Assembly: GCF_003704095.1 (NCBI RefSeq)
Contig: NW_020846117.1
Location: 1 to 62,526, forward strand
Source of the DNA: Pocillopora damicornis
Lineage: Eukaryota
Direction of reading: 5' to 3'
DNA length: 62,526 bases
Each line of letters begins with the position of its first letter. Within the stretch, counting starts at the first letter, position 1. Under the pieces are notes generated by a model, which made no database searches, had not been told where the DNA came from, and saw only the letters and a list, made by a program, of their open reading frames with translations. A program made the position numbers and the translations under genes. Shown here piece by piece: positions 26,371 to 40,500 of the stretch.

Positions 26371-26657
26371 GTATACCATTGCGGCTTACGATTAACTATT
26401 TGCCGATAACTTAAGTCATTTCAAACTACTCTGAATCGTTTATCATTTGAACCAAAGTACAGTTAGCTCAACCGTTTGTCATTTCGACACTGAACCATTT
26501 CAGTTAACACTTAGCCAATCATGTTTTTATTGAATCAGTTCAACAAGGGTGGTAACACAGCTTCTGAATTGTATAAACCATTTTTTGTTTGAATATTTCA
26601 CTTCACCAAAGGCGACTTGTCCATTTGTATTTTAAATACGGTGGTGACAGCTGCTCA

Positions 26658-27327
26658 TACATAACCTCACGCGAAAACGCGAATTTCATTGAATAGAAAC
26701 AAAACTTCAAAATTGTGGTACAATTGAAAGAAAATAATATAAATAATTTCGCAGTTGCTTGACAATAAATAGAAACGTAAATCCTAGTTCCCACAGTGGT
26801 CCTGAGAAGTACTGTTGTCGGTAGAACTCAATTGATGCTTGGACGACGTGAGCGGAAGTCATCACCAGAGTCAAGCGAAGTTTTCATTAAAGTCACTTCC
26901 GCTGATAAGTGACTTCCGTTAGGTTGTTGAAACGTCAGTTACTATTGTTGACAACAGTCCTTCTCAATAATACTTTAATGCAGACAAGCAAATTACACGG
27001 TAAAATTAAAAAAAGTTATCTTTCAAAGTAAAGATTCGCTGAATAGAATTACTGAATAAGATGCATGCTTTAGACAATTTTTCATTGTTCGTGATTCAAA
27101 TATGCCGCCAATTTTTCACTACTCACGATTCAAACATTTTCGACCTCGTATAGTCACAAAGGTAATCTATTGTTTGCACTATTGTTTTCTTCAAACAAAG
27201 GACTGTATGCATAATGAAGTATGGGGCTGTGCGGAAACTTTGCCCCGAAAACTTTAGAAGATTTTTTTCTTAACCAAAGAATGCTTTTCAACGATTTTGT
27301 CACAGAAACAGTCCGCTGTCAATATGT
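26658..27327 (+). repeat. ~620-bp direct repeat, copy 2 (with a different internal patch at ~27158-27245)
   Basis: Colinear with 24285-24900. Confidence 0.9.
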
Positions 27328-28332
27328 TTTGACTCTCTGACCAGAGAGTCAAAACATGAACATAAAATCTTCAAGGAACCAATCACCGTAACAAAGGAAC
27401 AACTTGATTTTAAAACATTTGAAAATGTTAAACATAAAACATTTTGATATCCATAGTAATATTCGAGATGAAATTAGAGCAGTCTATTCTAAGTGAAATT
27501 AGCCATGGTCCAGTATTTGCAACCAAACAAAATTATATTTGTTCCTCAGCTATAAGTAATAAGATAACATGTTTGCAATTCCTCCATCTCATTAAAAAAA
27601 GGGAGAGGTCTTTGCGAAAGCTTATATTAAAGGATGTTCGTTGACTGTTGTTCGTCGGTAGCATTTTAGATAATTAAACTGACAAAAGATTAAATAAGGC
27701 CTTAAACAGCTGTAACATTGATAATAAAATCTTTTTAAAAAAAGAAGCTTTTGCCAATCAATGGAATCATCAGGGACGAGAAGAAATATTCAGTGTAAGC
27801 AGGAATTAATTACTTAATAGTAATTAATAGTAATGGGGCTCCTGGCGTAAGGCTTGGAGGGAGTCTGGTTTCATTTTGAGCACAAATTTGTGGAAGATTG
27901 TAAAGCACATTAAACTCCAGCGATTTAATTTATCTTCATAAAATTGTGTGTGCACATAGACTAACTCACAACCTAATGTGGCATATAGTTTGCATACCAT
28001 AATATGCAAATTTATGGTTAAACATCAACCAATTTCTTTCTGGAGGCATTTTTTTATTAATTTTAACCCCACCTATTTTTTTCCAATACAAATGTAAATT
28101 AAAAGCGTGTGAAAAGCCAAAGAATGCAGGGAGTAGAATGTATAAATAATGAGGCACACATCTTTTTTAATATGATCACGCCAAGCTAAAGTTCGTGAAA
28201 ATTTCAATAATGGGTCGCATTGCAAGACGAATAAAGCTACCGAGCTAAATATTTGCGAAAGGTTATCTTTTAATAACCTGGTTTGGATAAACTTTTAGAT
28301 TTCGAAAGATTTCATTCCGATACCGAGTGCTT

Positions 28333-28597
28333 CAAATGCCTAGCGGCATCTATGAAGGTAAATAACCTGTTGAGAGGTTTTTTTCTATTAAAACTGCTCT
28401 TCTTGTAAAACTGAGGTTTTAAAAATAAGTTGACAGCGACTGACAACTTAACTTCTTCAAAGGAAATAAATATCACTTCGCAAACTACAAATATTTTCCA
28501 TCCAAGAATCTAGACTTCTACCAACCATCTTTCTTACTCAGGATAGAATAAGAGCACCCTTTCCGACTTTTCAAACCTGGAGTGTGGCGTGATTTAA

Positions 28598-28633
<36 letters not shown>

Positions 28634-29580
28634 GAAAAGAAAATAAATAGCTGTCGCGCCAGTTGGACAATTTGAACAAACTCACGCGGCATTCAAGCGA
28701 AGCGGATGTTTTTTTAGGTCGCTACGCGTAGTGACTTTGCGAAGCGCAAATGAATTGAGAGGGCGAGCCTTTATAACGGTCCCAAACGACTGTAAAATAC
28801 CGAAAAATAGATCATAGAACATAAATTGATACCTGATACTTTGCTCAACTTTCTTTCCACCGCACACCCAAACAGGCTAGCTTCCCCAACTCCGTGCAGC
28901 TACAAAGTGAACATCAAATTTATGTAAGACCTATTTCATAAGCTCTAGCCAAATAGCAGTTATTCAAATGCAAATGCGCAGCGGCATCTATGAAGGAAAA
29001 CAACCTGTTGGGACTTTTTTTTCTTTTATAAACTGCTCTTAAGTTGACGAGCGACTGCAACTTAAGTTCTTTAAAGGCAATAGACATCAATTCGCAAACT
29101 ACAAATATTTTCCATTCGAGAATTTGGACTCCTACCAGCCATCTTTACTACACAGGATAGAATAAGAGCACCCTTTCCGACTTTTCAGACTTGGAGTGTG
29201 GCGGGATTTAAAAAAATAATAATGATAACGGAAAGAAAATAAATAGCTGTCACGCCAGTTGGACAATTTGAACAAACTCACGCGACATGCAAGCGAAGCG
29301 GATGATTTCCTAGGTCGCTACACTCAGTGACTTAAGTGTGTGAGCGAAGCGCAAATGAATTGAGAGGGCGAGCCTTAATAACAGTCCCAAACGACTGTAA
29401 AATACCGAAAAATAGAACATAGAACATAAACTGATACCTGATACTTTGCTCAACTTTCTTTCCACAGCACACCCAAACAAGTTAGCTTCCTCGACTCCGT
29501 GCAGCTACAAAGTGAACATCAAACTTATGTAAGACCTATTGCATAAGTTCAAGACAAATAGCAGTTGTTCAAATGCAAAT
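28333..29580 (+). repeat. ~620-bp tandem duplication (28333-28970 / 28971-29580)
   Basis: Both units start …aaatgc..agcggcatctatgaagg and end aaatagcagtt.ttcaaatgcaaat. The (AAT)n run is expanded in copy 1 (~28598-28632). Confidence 0.92.
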
Positions 29581-30343
29581 TTTGAATAAAAGAGTTCGTA
29601 ATGTAAACAATACGGGAGTAAACGACGTCTTGATACACTTCTAATGCGTCGTGTTGCAAATCATCCTCTTCGGCCCCAAAAACGTCCTTGAAAGAGGATT
29701 AGTTTTCAAAAATGTTTGTGAATTCCACTTGAGGGCAATTACAGGTCACACGAAAAAAGCAAGGAACCAGGCACAAATAAAAATTAAACTATCAAATTTG
29801 AATTCTAATTCAACCCACAGATGCGCATAAAAAATCACCAATCAGTACGTGACAAAGGAAAATAATGCTAGCTGATAATCACTGTATTCCTTAAGGTTCT
29901 TCTTTACATGAGAATAGCTCGCGTCATATCTGATCCTCTGTCTGTTTTGAGTAATGCCACGATAATTGTAACTTCACAACTCCGCGCATGGATTTGCAAG
30001 AAGACCTTTCTAGAAAGAATCTTACACTTAACAAAGACTCCTTCCGAAGGATACGCTCAAATTCAAATATTAAAAATTGTGGAATATTCAGGAAAATGTT
30101 ATGACGGTATTTTGAAGTAACGGTGGATATATGATATTTGCAGGATGTTGTGCATAGGCAAAGCACGAAATTGCGATACGGCCCAAACTAGAACAGCATG
30201 GGTCTGAGTTAGAAAAATTTCAGAACATCTAGCCCCTGGGTTAGTCGAAGTAAAACAGAAAAGACTAATAAAGAAAAAAATCCGTTTTAGCTGATCGCGA
30301 CAGAGAAAAATAAGCAAAGGAGCTTATCTCGCATTTTACGAGG

Positions 30344-30478
30344 TAAAATTTTGGCATAGCCCCATCCTACATTATGCGTTCAGTTCTTGGATAGAGAAAA
30401 CAATGACAAACACAATACATTGCTATTAGGAAAACAGATTTGTTTTACAATAGTATGGGGCTGTGAGGAAATTTTACT
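30344..30478. mobile_element. Short MITE-like inverted-repeat element
   Basis: Inverted ends aaaattttggcatagccccat … atggggctgtgaggaaatttt. A similar end (gtatggggctgtgcggaaac) is at ~27219. Confidence 0.55.
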
Positions 30479-33400
30479 TTTTGCGATCGATGACTTCATT
30501 TGTGTTTAGTCTGTGAACACTAAAGAACAGGAAACTGGCGAGACCTAGTAATCCACAAAGAAGAAGCCATCTTAAGGTCGAGCACTGAGAACCAAAACGA
30601 CGACGTTCAAGGAACCTCCAACGTTCTCCAAAGTTTTCTAACGAGTTTAACCCGGTTTATCATAACTGAAGAATAAATAATTTACATTACCTTCGCCTTA
30701 CTCAGCACGCCTTGTTTTCCACTACGATCTCCAGACCATACAGGTCAGACTGATCAGTTGCAATGCTCAGTGACGCTTATCTTCGTATTGCGGTCGGAAG
30801 GTAAACAATAAAAGACCTGAAATGAAAGATGGGTAGGAAAGACAACTCATTAATAATCATTTTCAAAATTACGGAATAATTAAACAAGGTCAGTAGGGGG
30901 ATCATGACAAAACTCATCACGGAAAAGCCTCTAACAACAGCTCTTACCGGCCGAACACTTTCAGAGTGTCACTGTTTTCTTAATATATTAACCTTCTTCC
31001 ATAACGGATTATTTTGTTTTTTGGCAAGACTTTACCCGAGGAAGCGGGTTGTGGGGTGCAATTCACGGTATAAGCTATGTAGGTGTTTGCCATCCTAAAG
31101 GGTGTGTTTTTTTAAAGCTGGTTTTTCAATGAATATTTTAATCATAGTGGCACTAAACTGGGAACGGTTTCAAAGAAACTACTTTGATAAGTTTGAAAAG
31201 GCCACGACTTAAGTGAAATCCTACAAATGAAGTGAACATCTAAAATCATCCAAACTCTAAATTTAAAAAGAGGCGTATAGGGAAGCTCATGGCCAAGAGA
31301 AGGCGGTACAAAATTGCCTCCATTTTGCTGCAAGGTAATAGGTAATTTGCAGCAAGGAAATAGAACGGGTGTTCTCGAACTGATCAGTTAGGGACGTAAT
31401 CAGTCTATATGTAACCTAATCCGTTCTGAGCACACGGAGGTTAGGAGAATGTACAACAGCTAACCCAGACGCAAGACGCTCTCTTGCTATTGCATCTGTG
31501 AGATGTTTTACTAATATACAAGCGAATCTGGAACGACAGAAACCGTGTTCACATATCCGCATCTAGGCACATCCATCGATCGATGAGAGCGCTCGTAAGT
31601 ATCGCAGTTATTTTATAAATTCGGTTGACAGTCGCCTCTTCACCCTTCAATCACAGCCTTTGTTTGTTTGTCGGAGAGGCTCATATTTCTGGGCCTGGAG
31701 CCGTGTCCTATTTGAAAGGCAAGGGTCGTTGGATCAGCGGAAGGAAACCGATTTGTGAGTTTTTGTGCAGCTGTAGCTTGGAGTCGTTTTCTTCTCCTGT
31801 AACGGGTACGTGAACTACAAAGTTTTTTGTAATTCCGTTCGGGCAAGGGTGTAAACAAGCAGAACAAACCGCATAACCATCGTACCATGCAGATCGCTTC
31901 AATATCGTGACCTTGGATTGTGGATAGCTTTGTATCTAATAACTTTTTGGAATTGTGAATAGTGTAGTCTCTTTTTCCGCTGAATCTTCGCTTGATTTAC
32001 CTACTCTATGAGTAAGGAAACAAGAGATCCCGCATAGGAAACCTCTGGGAATAACTCAGCCGCGCGTGGCGATCCACATTCATGGAACTCGATATTACAA
32101 GGGTCAAATGGCTTTGATTTATTTCAGGTGAATTTTGAAGCTTTTTTGAATTTGCAAAATTCTTTTAGAATTAAAAAAAAATTAATTAGTCTTTAAACAG
32201 AAGTCAAATTTACAGTAAGCTTCAGTTTAGGTTTTTTATTAAATCGAACCTCAATCTTCGCTAAGCGGACTCTGCAAACCGTCTGCAAAATGGCTAATAT
32301 GGTCAGCTCAGACTGATAACAAACACTGCAGTTGGGATCTCGTGACGTTCGTTCATACTATTTTATTGCGTGTGAGCCATTAAGGGGATCTTCGCTGCGA
32401 GCTAGCCTACGCTCGAACACGCAACAGCGAATTGTGGACACGATATAGTAATGAGGCAAAAAAAATAAACAATTGCTCTTCGTCGCCCGATCATCGCTCG
32501 TATTTTGTTAGCGAGTTGAGGTTAATATTTCACTCTGCTAATATCAATGGTTGATTTACCGATAGATAAATCCATTAAAACTGTTTTCCCGAGAAAAGTT
32601 CATCAATCTGTCCGGCTGTGTAGGATGCTTTAGCTTCAACTTTGTCGAACATGAGACTTTCCGATTTGAGTTTCACATTTTAGCCACTGTCGCTAGCCTT
32701 TGTAACATTCAGAAGGTTTACACAGCCTAAATAATATCCACTCAGCAAGATTCCCTGTTTAGCATTCGTAATTAGAAAGTTTTATTGTTATTTTACACAA
32801 AAGCATTCTTTTCGTCGATCTTTGTCGCACAATTGGTTCGAATTTCAAGCGCGGTGAGCTTATAGCAGAGATAAGGAAGAAAATCGGGTGCTCAGTGTCT
32901 GTTGTCTGTTGCGCAATTGATACCAATCAGCTTTTATCATTATGCAAAGATACAATCCATCAAACCGAGGAGGCGGATAGCTTCAAATTGATCAGTAGTT
33001 ACGCTGATTACTAGTAGAGTAACATTGGTAGTAATAAACTTATAAAAATAAACCAAAGCACTTATCCTGGGGGGGTTTGCGTATCAGTTGCACTATTATG
33101 AGTGGTGTGTCTACGCGTCCGTAAGTAATTATTGTGAGCCAGTGTTTGCACTATTTTAGACACATTGTCTGACAAGCAGAATTTTGATCGCTGAGTGAAT
33201 TCATTTTCTAAGTAACTGATCAAAATCTAAGTTTGACTCCAAATTGTTTATGCGTAATTTTCAAATCTTTGCTTTACGTCGGAAGCGTTTGAGTAGGTAA
33301 ACGCACAGCAAGGTTTTTTCAGAACTCAATCTTCATCGGTCAACTCTCATTTTCCTTCCCTTTCCCTTCCTTTTCTTTTTCCTTTCTTTTACTTTGCTTT

Positions 33401-33589
33401 TTGCCCTTTGCTTTTCTCCTCTATTCTTGTCTTTTCTTTCCTTTTCTTTTCTTCTGTTTTCTCATTATTCTTACACCAAAATGATGTCCTTACCTGGACG
33501 TTAACACAGCACGAACGGCTGTTGCCTGTGGGCTCAAATCATTTACTTCATTCATTCTGTTTTGTCGCATATTACTAGGGAGCGAGACA

Positions 33590-36290
33590 ATGGAGAAAGA
33601 GACTGATTTAATTGCAGCCAACCACAATGAAGAGCATCTGACGCCTGAGCAACGAAAGAGAGAGAAACGAAAGATCACCAAGAATGTTTACATCATCAGT
33701 CTCGGGTTTTTGTTCCTCTTTACCGCCTTTCAGTCACTTCAGAACTTGCAGAGCAGTTTGAACAAGGTTGAAGGACTGGGTTTCTGGTCGCTATGCGTTA
33801 TATACGCCGCCTTGATACTGTCCTGTATTTTAGTCCCTCCCTTCGCGATTGGAAGACTCGGCTGTAAGTGGACGTTGGTGTTCTCAATGACAGGTTACGT
33901 GCTGTATACAGTGGCTAACTATTACGCGCGATGGTGGACTTTGATTCCTGCCTCTTTTATAATCGGTAAATGGATTGTTCTTTTGCAATCTTGATTTTTG
34001 ACTCAGTTTACAAGGACCAACATGGACTGACCGTAGTTTTGAAATCTTCTTTATGTCGAGTTGAATGTATCGCCGATCGGGACGTTAAATAATATATAGT
34101 CCTATGTCGTGAATCAACACGCTGCAAATTTAGCATCTATCTTTTACCGTTAACCAACGTTTCAATTCTCTTTTTAAAGGAATGTGTGCAGCACCTCTTT
34201 GGTCTTCAAAATGCGCTTACTTGACCACCACAGGAATCCGTTACGCTGAGCTCAACCATGAAACCCAGGACGCGGTCGTGACGCGCTATTTTGGAATATT
34301 TTTCCTGATCTTTCAGAGCGGCCAGATTATCGGGAACCTCATCTCTTCGCTTGTCCTTCAGCAGGGAATGGGGGACACCTTCCGTGAAAACGCCCGAGAC
34401 GTCTGTGGCGTGAACTTCTGCAAGCCATTGCCAGCGACCGGAAATAAAACAGACGAGTACGATCACAAGCTTGTTATCAGACTTCTTAGTATTTATGTTG
34501 GTACAGGAGTATTAGCTGTCGTGCTGGTGATCGTACTGCTCGACCGGCTTACCGGAAGCCTGGACCGGCGAAAGAAGCAGGAATCTGGCCTTAATCTATT
34601 GGTTGCCACTGTGAAACACTTGAAGGACTGGCGCATGCTTCTGGTGTTACCGCTGACCATGTTCAGTGGGCTAGAACAGGCCTTCACGTTCGGAGATTTC
34701 ACACAGGTAAAATGTTCTCATCTGTCAAAATCAGGTCAATACAATATCTCTAAAGGGTTTCCTTTTGGATCCTAAACTGCATTAATTTCCATACTTACTG
34801 TTTTTAGAAAATATTTTTCGCTGAGTAGATGCCACAAGTGATGTATTAAGCAGGACAGTTCTGATCTAAGAAATTCTCCCTATATTGAGAACTGTCTGGC
34901 AACCCAGTTTCAACGTGTGCGTGTGTGATTTAGATTTCAAGGGGAACGCAGCGGGGGGTAAATCGTCGCACAGAGTTTAAAGGGGGGACTATTGAACGTT
35001 GACTGTCGATGAGGGGGATCATTAGACTACTACAGGGCCTTAGGAGGGGATCAGTTAAATATCATTTTGATACAGCCAAAATCTCCTTCCCCCCTTAGGC
35101 GATGTATAACAACCGGTTCCTTAGCGCCTTTATTACTGATATATTACACAGGCATTCGTCACTTGTTCGCTCGGAATCCATCGTGTTGGTTTTGTTATGA
35201 TCTGCTTCGGTGCCACCGACGCGTTCTTCTCGCTGACTCTGGGCCGTCTTACTAAGTACACTGGGAGAATTCCAATTTTCATCAGTGGTGCGGTAATACA
35301 CTATGCTACCATTATAGTTATGCTGATCTGGAAGCCCGACTATCATATGGTGTGGGTGTTTTATGTCATTGCTGCTCTATTGGGATACTGTGACGCAGTT
35401 TGGCAAACCCAGATTAATGGTAAGGCATCACAGGGACACCAAACGTTATCGTAATGAGGCTAGCTAAGTTTGGTTTTTCGTTAGATGGATTGAAAGCTTA
35501 AAGGAAATCATTGAGTAATATACGGAACGATAGACTGACGGGCGGCAGGACGGACGGACTAAGAGGTCAACTGACAGTCTAACTGACCAACTGTCGGAAA
35601 GAATGTCGGTCTGACAGAGGGACTAATGGGCTAACGGACGACTGTTGGACTTACCGACGCACCGACTGGCTTGCTCAACTTACCTACTGATGAATTGATA
35701 TATTGAGTCTGCTGTTATTTACTTTATTTGATCTTTGTGGTCAGTTTATTCAAATTTGTTTCATTAATACTCGACATGAAAAAGAATCATGAACTTGATC
35801 CTTTGTTTTTCAGGTTCAATCACAATGTTTCCAATTCTATTTGATCCCCTGTTTTATCTCTGTTATTACACTGGGAAATTCAATCACGTTTTTGTTAAAA
35901 AAAATACCTTAGCCAGGCTGAGTTTTTTTTTTTTTCACTAAAAACAGAATCCTCTTAAGTATTGGCATGTTATGTCTCAGTTAAGGTCCAAGTTTGATCA
36001 CTTTGAATGTCATTTTTCTCAATACAGCCATGTACGGCGTGTTCTTTCATGACAACCAGGAGCCAGCGTTTTCTAACTACCGTCTGTGGGAATCACTTGG
36101 CTTCGTGATTGCTTTTGCATACGCCAACTACCTGTGTATCATTAGCAAGTTAATCATCCTCTTGGTAGTTTTAACCCTGAGCTTGGTCGGGTATTTCCTC
36201 GCCGAATATGTGCACAAGATTCAAATCGACCAAGAGTACTCTCTCGCAGACGGCATGGTGTTAGAAGAAGCCAGCCAAACGAGATCTTAA
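33590..36290 (+). CDS. UNC93A: Protein unc-93 homolog A-like (MFS)
   Basis: Exons 33590-33965, 34180-34706, 35152-35419 and 36028-36290. UNC-93 motifs: FLFLFTAFQSLQNLQSSLN, AAPLWSSKCAYLT, YFGIFFLIFQ, DAVWQTQIN, AFSNYRLWESLGF. Confidence 0.93.
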
Positions 36291-37537
36291 CTGAAGAAGG
36301 AATCAGTACTATGTTGTTTTTTTATGAAGCAGCTTAAACTTTGGCCAGTTATTATCGTGGTTTTGTATATGATTCATCTATTATGGTGTTTAGGTTAATA
36401 TGTATAGCGGGTTTCACTCAAAAAAGGAATAATTTTCTTTGGTTTCAGCCCTTTTCAAGTTCACTTTTCTACAGGCGAACACAAAGTCAAACTTTTGTTC
36501 AGAAAAATCACCCTTTTTGTCTCAAGACTGGGGAAAAAATCGTTCCTATACTTTCTTTGATTTCTATGGCAGATACCGCTGTTGTCAATTTATCGACCAC
36601 AGAACGCAATAGAATCCTGCTTTTAGCGCCGTACTTCTTCATACATACTCTAAGGAAATTCAGCAAACAAATGTTTCCCTTCATCATACCGACGGTAAAA
36701 AATTTAGTTATGTGAAATTTATGTGAACGGAGAATTGAAATACTAATAAGGCAGAAATTAGTCTCTTACCCAGATCTTCCACGGCCGGCGGATCCTACAA
36801 TGCAGTTACATGGTAAGATCTGGGTATGAGATCAGATGGAACTGATCAACATGTTATATATATATATATATTTTTTTTTTTGTTTGTTTTTTTGGCAAGG
36901 TATTGAATTGAGAAACTCATATATTGGAGGCTCATTGAAGTTTTAACATTGGAGGGTCCATAAATAAAGATATACTTATCGACGCTGATCGTGTTGGACC
37001 TGCATTTAGCGAACCACATATTAAGTGGAAACTCTGTGTTAAGCGGACACCGACTGAGGTTTCTATTTTGTCCTCTCACCATTATAAAAGGAACCTTTAT
37101 TCAGCGGACACACCTCAATAGACCCTTAAACTCCCAGAGTAATGAACATGTGATTTTTCCCTACAGTATCCATAGATTATCCAGCAAACAGGTAATGAGA
37201 ATACTCAAACTTATCAGTTAGAAGTCGTTATCTTGATCTAACACCAAATTCTCCTAACTAGGTTACAAGGAAATGTATAGCAGCTAGAAGGGTGAATTAA
37301 AAACCAGATCTTGGGAGTCAAAGGGTTAAGCAAACTCGGTCACTACCATTGAGCCTTTTTGTGACCCACAGCGAAGTAGAAAAAGCCAGAGGAGTGTAAC
37401 CGGAGTTCACAACATACAAAATTTCTTCATTATCCTTAATTATTTCTGATTTAAAAGGGAAGAAATACACTCTACGAGAAAAGGAAATGATGACTCTTTG
37501 CACGGAAGTAGCGAGAGTCTATTTCGCGATGTCTGAC

Positions 37538-40500
37538 CTAACTATCTTGTAATATTTTCACTTCAAACGTATGAGGCTCAGCAGTTTTCATCACTGCTTG
37601 TGCAGGTGATTCGTTGGTTGTTAACTTGATCATTTCATCGGAGGGTAAATCATCAAAGTCTTCACACTCAGCCAGACTAGGAACACTCTCTGATCTTTCC
37701 ATACTACCGGGTCTATTCCAGGACGCTTGAAGATGTTCCTGATCAGAAGGAACGTCATTCGTAGGCGCGAACTTGACCTCGCTGGGTTCTTGGCTTTTTC
37801 TCAGACAAACCCCACTCTCAGGATTACATTCGTAGTCATCAAATGTGCAAGTAAAAACCTCGTTATTGTCTTCTTTTGCCTCAAGAGGTGCCTTGATACC
37901 CTCGATATCTAAGTCTTCTGCGTCAATTAGACTGGTGTCCTGTTCTTTACCCTTTTGGAGATATTTCCAAAATCTCTCTTCTACACAAATATCTTGCGCC
38001 ATCTTGAGGACTTTGGGTGATTTGGGCGGCCGTATTGGTATCACCTCAATTACATTTTCAACATGTGACTCGGTAACAGTTTCCATCCGACCAGTTTTTA
38101 AACTTTGAACTTTCTCTAGGAAATTTGACGGTGCCCAACCTACAGAATGACTTGAAGTGCGCACTAGCCACCAGCCCCCCTCCGATTCTTCTAGAAGTTC
38201 AACCTCAGCATTCTCTTGCAGATTTACTTCCTGTTCGCCCTCTTTTTCGTAGGATCCCATGGCTAAGAATCTGTTATTCACCAGCTCCGGCATATTTTCG
38301 GTATATTCTTCGCCTTCTTTCTCGTCTTCGTCTTGCACATCAGGTTGTTGGTTTTCATCACTATGTGAATCGATGACAGGGTTTTCAGGGCTAGATCCGT
38401 GTACGGTTTCCTCGTCCTCAACCGGAAACTCCGAATCCTCTTTTGTTTCCTCCTCCGGGAGTTTAATCGGGCGGAAGTGATAACGTTCGTCGGAAGAGGG
38501 AGGTGGGGTATTTGAGTTGTTGGAACTCTGAGCTAGCAACGGGCTCGGGATGGGACTCGTCCCGCGGGAAACAGTTTCCAGATCCTCTTCTTCCACCATT
38601 GATAAAGGCCTGGGCTTCAATAAGCCATTAATCTGCACATCGTTAACTGAATTTTCAGAGTTGACCTCAAGGATGCTCTTTGATTCTCCGTTTAATCTGC
38701 ATCCTGCTCTTACTTCATTGGGGTCTTGTTTCTGCCGCGGATTCCGTCTTCCTTGAGGCTTCTTCGTGACTTGATGAAACTCCAGATTTACGTAGGATCT
38801 GACAGGCTTTGTGTTGAAACTGTTCTCTTTTCTAGCAGAGCTGGATACGGCTTGGTTTTCGTTCCTCCTCTTCGGGTGAAATATAGATTTTAAGAAGAAA
38901 CAAAATTAATAAAGATGGTCATTTCATATTCTTTAAAAGGTGTCAAAAAAAATTCGTACCACACTCTTTTTCCTGGCTGGTGGGTCCCATGTTTGTCTTC
39001 TTCCTGGAGGAAAGGAAACAAAAAGATTTTGTAAACAGCCAGATGGGGACAAAAGAGTTTAAAAGAAGTATATGGGGATGGACAGACGGACCAGAGAATT
39101 GTGACTTAAGTGAATCTACTCGTGTGGGAATTCTATTTTTCTTACCAGCAAGGACAGAAATGCTATTCAAACGCGTATCTCTGATCATAGCTCTGACTGC
39201 AGCATGTTTTCCTTTCTGTCTTGCGTTGTACTGGGACGAGGCCACCTCTCTCAGATACATTGATGGTGCCCAGCCTTCTTTCTCTTCAAACCTGTCGCGA
39301 GTAAAGTAATCTTGTTGCGAATTATGTTGCTGGTAGATATCAGTCAATATACTTTCGAAATTTCCAGTTGTTAGACTTAAATCCAAGCAATAATCATTTA
39401 AGTTTGGTTCCTCTAAAAACTATCACAACTTACTTGACAAACCACCATCCGTCCAGATTTTTCTGAATGACCTTGACGACTTTTCCCATTTCAAACCCAA
39501 CCTCGTCGTCAAGTTGAGGCTCATAGGCAGCCATGGAAATGTATGTTTCCTCTGTGTGTCAAGAAAGACGAAATCAGAGCACGGCAGTTTTTTTCAATTT
39601 TTATTTGTACAAAGTGAGCAATGAGCCCGCAAACAACCCTTATCTGATCGGAAAAAATTTAGGCATGTCAAATTGGCATCATAAGCGGGGGAGGGGGGGG
39701 GGGGTAATGAGACCGTACATTGGCCGCATTTAGGGGAATGGGAGCCTATATTTGCCGTCACCCAAGTTTATAATTCACCGGCTTGTTTACACAGAAAGTG
39801 ACCAATTCAACAGAAATGTGTGAATTCTCGACCGAAGGGAGGGTTCATGCGAAAAAAAGGTCAATAAGCTGGCTATTGGGGAGCGGCAGTGTACTTCATA
39901 CATACATTAAAGAGGTGACTGGATCGCACGTAGCAGAGTACCTTACCCTCTCCTTCCTCAAAAGTCTCCAACACCTGATCATCCATGCTGCCGTCCCGGG
40001 GTTCAAGGTAAGATGCTGGTACCCAGCCCACCTCACTGTCAAGGTCCACAAACCACCAACCTTCAATGAGAAGCGTAAACAAAAAATATTTCAGAGAAAG
40101 TTGAAAGACACAATTTATTGAAATGTAATCAGCTCAAGATCTGAAGCTAATTGCGTAGTGAAAGTAACCTAATCCTGATGCAGTGAAACGAAGATGAAAA
40201 TCACGCTATGAAAAAGTAAACTTCAATAGTTTGCAATTTACAAATAGCTGCCGCTCTGGTTATCGTTGAAAGAAGTCATTACATCGTGATGGAAAAAGGG
40301 AATTTAGTTGTGTCAAAGCAAATGTAATCGGTCAGGTTGCTAAGCAAAATTCAAAATGGCGGCGTACGCAGTAAGATTACGTTACGTTACTCTTTGGATT
40401 TCGGTGTCCTACTAAAAAATCATGGCGGAGCTTGCTGCGCGCGCAGAGATACCAATAATTATAAAAAAAAATGTTAATAAAGATAACCCATCTAGTCGAG

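Noticed and set aside
24285-27327. LTR retrotransposon or TRIM interpretation of the direct repeats
   Set aside because: No TG…CA termini, primer-binding site, polypurine tract or TSD was recognised.
33345-33470. Long CT-rich tract upstream of UNC93A
   Set aside because: It is a low-complexity pyrimidine stretch with no further structure.
37727-38756. Plus-strand ORFs overlapping the last PX-SH3 exon (and similar antisense ORFs over UNC93A, SNRPD3 and malate synthase)
   Set aside because: They are antisense shadows of real coding exons.
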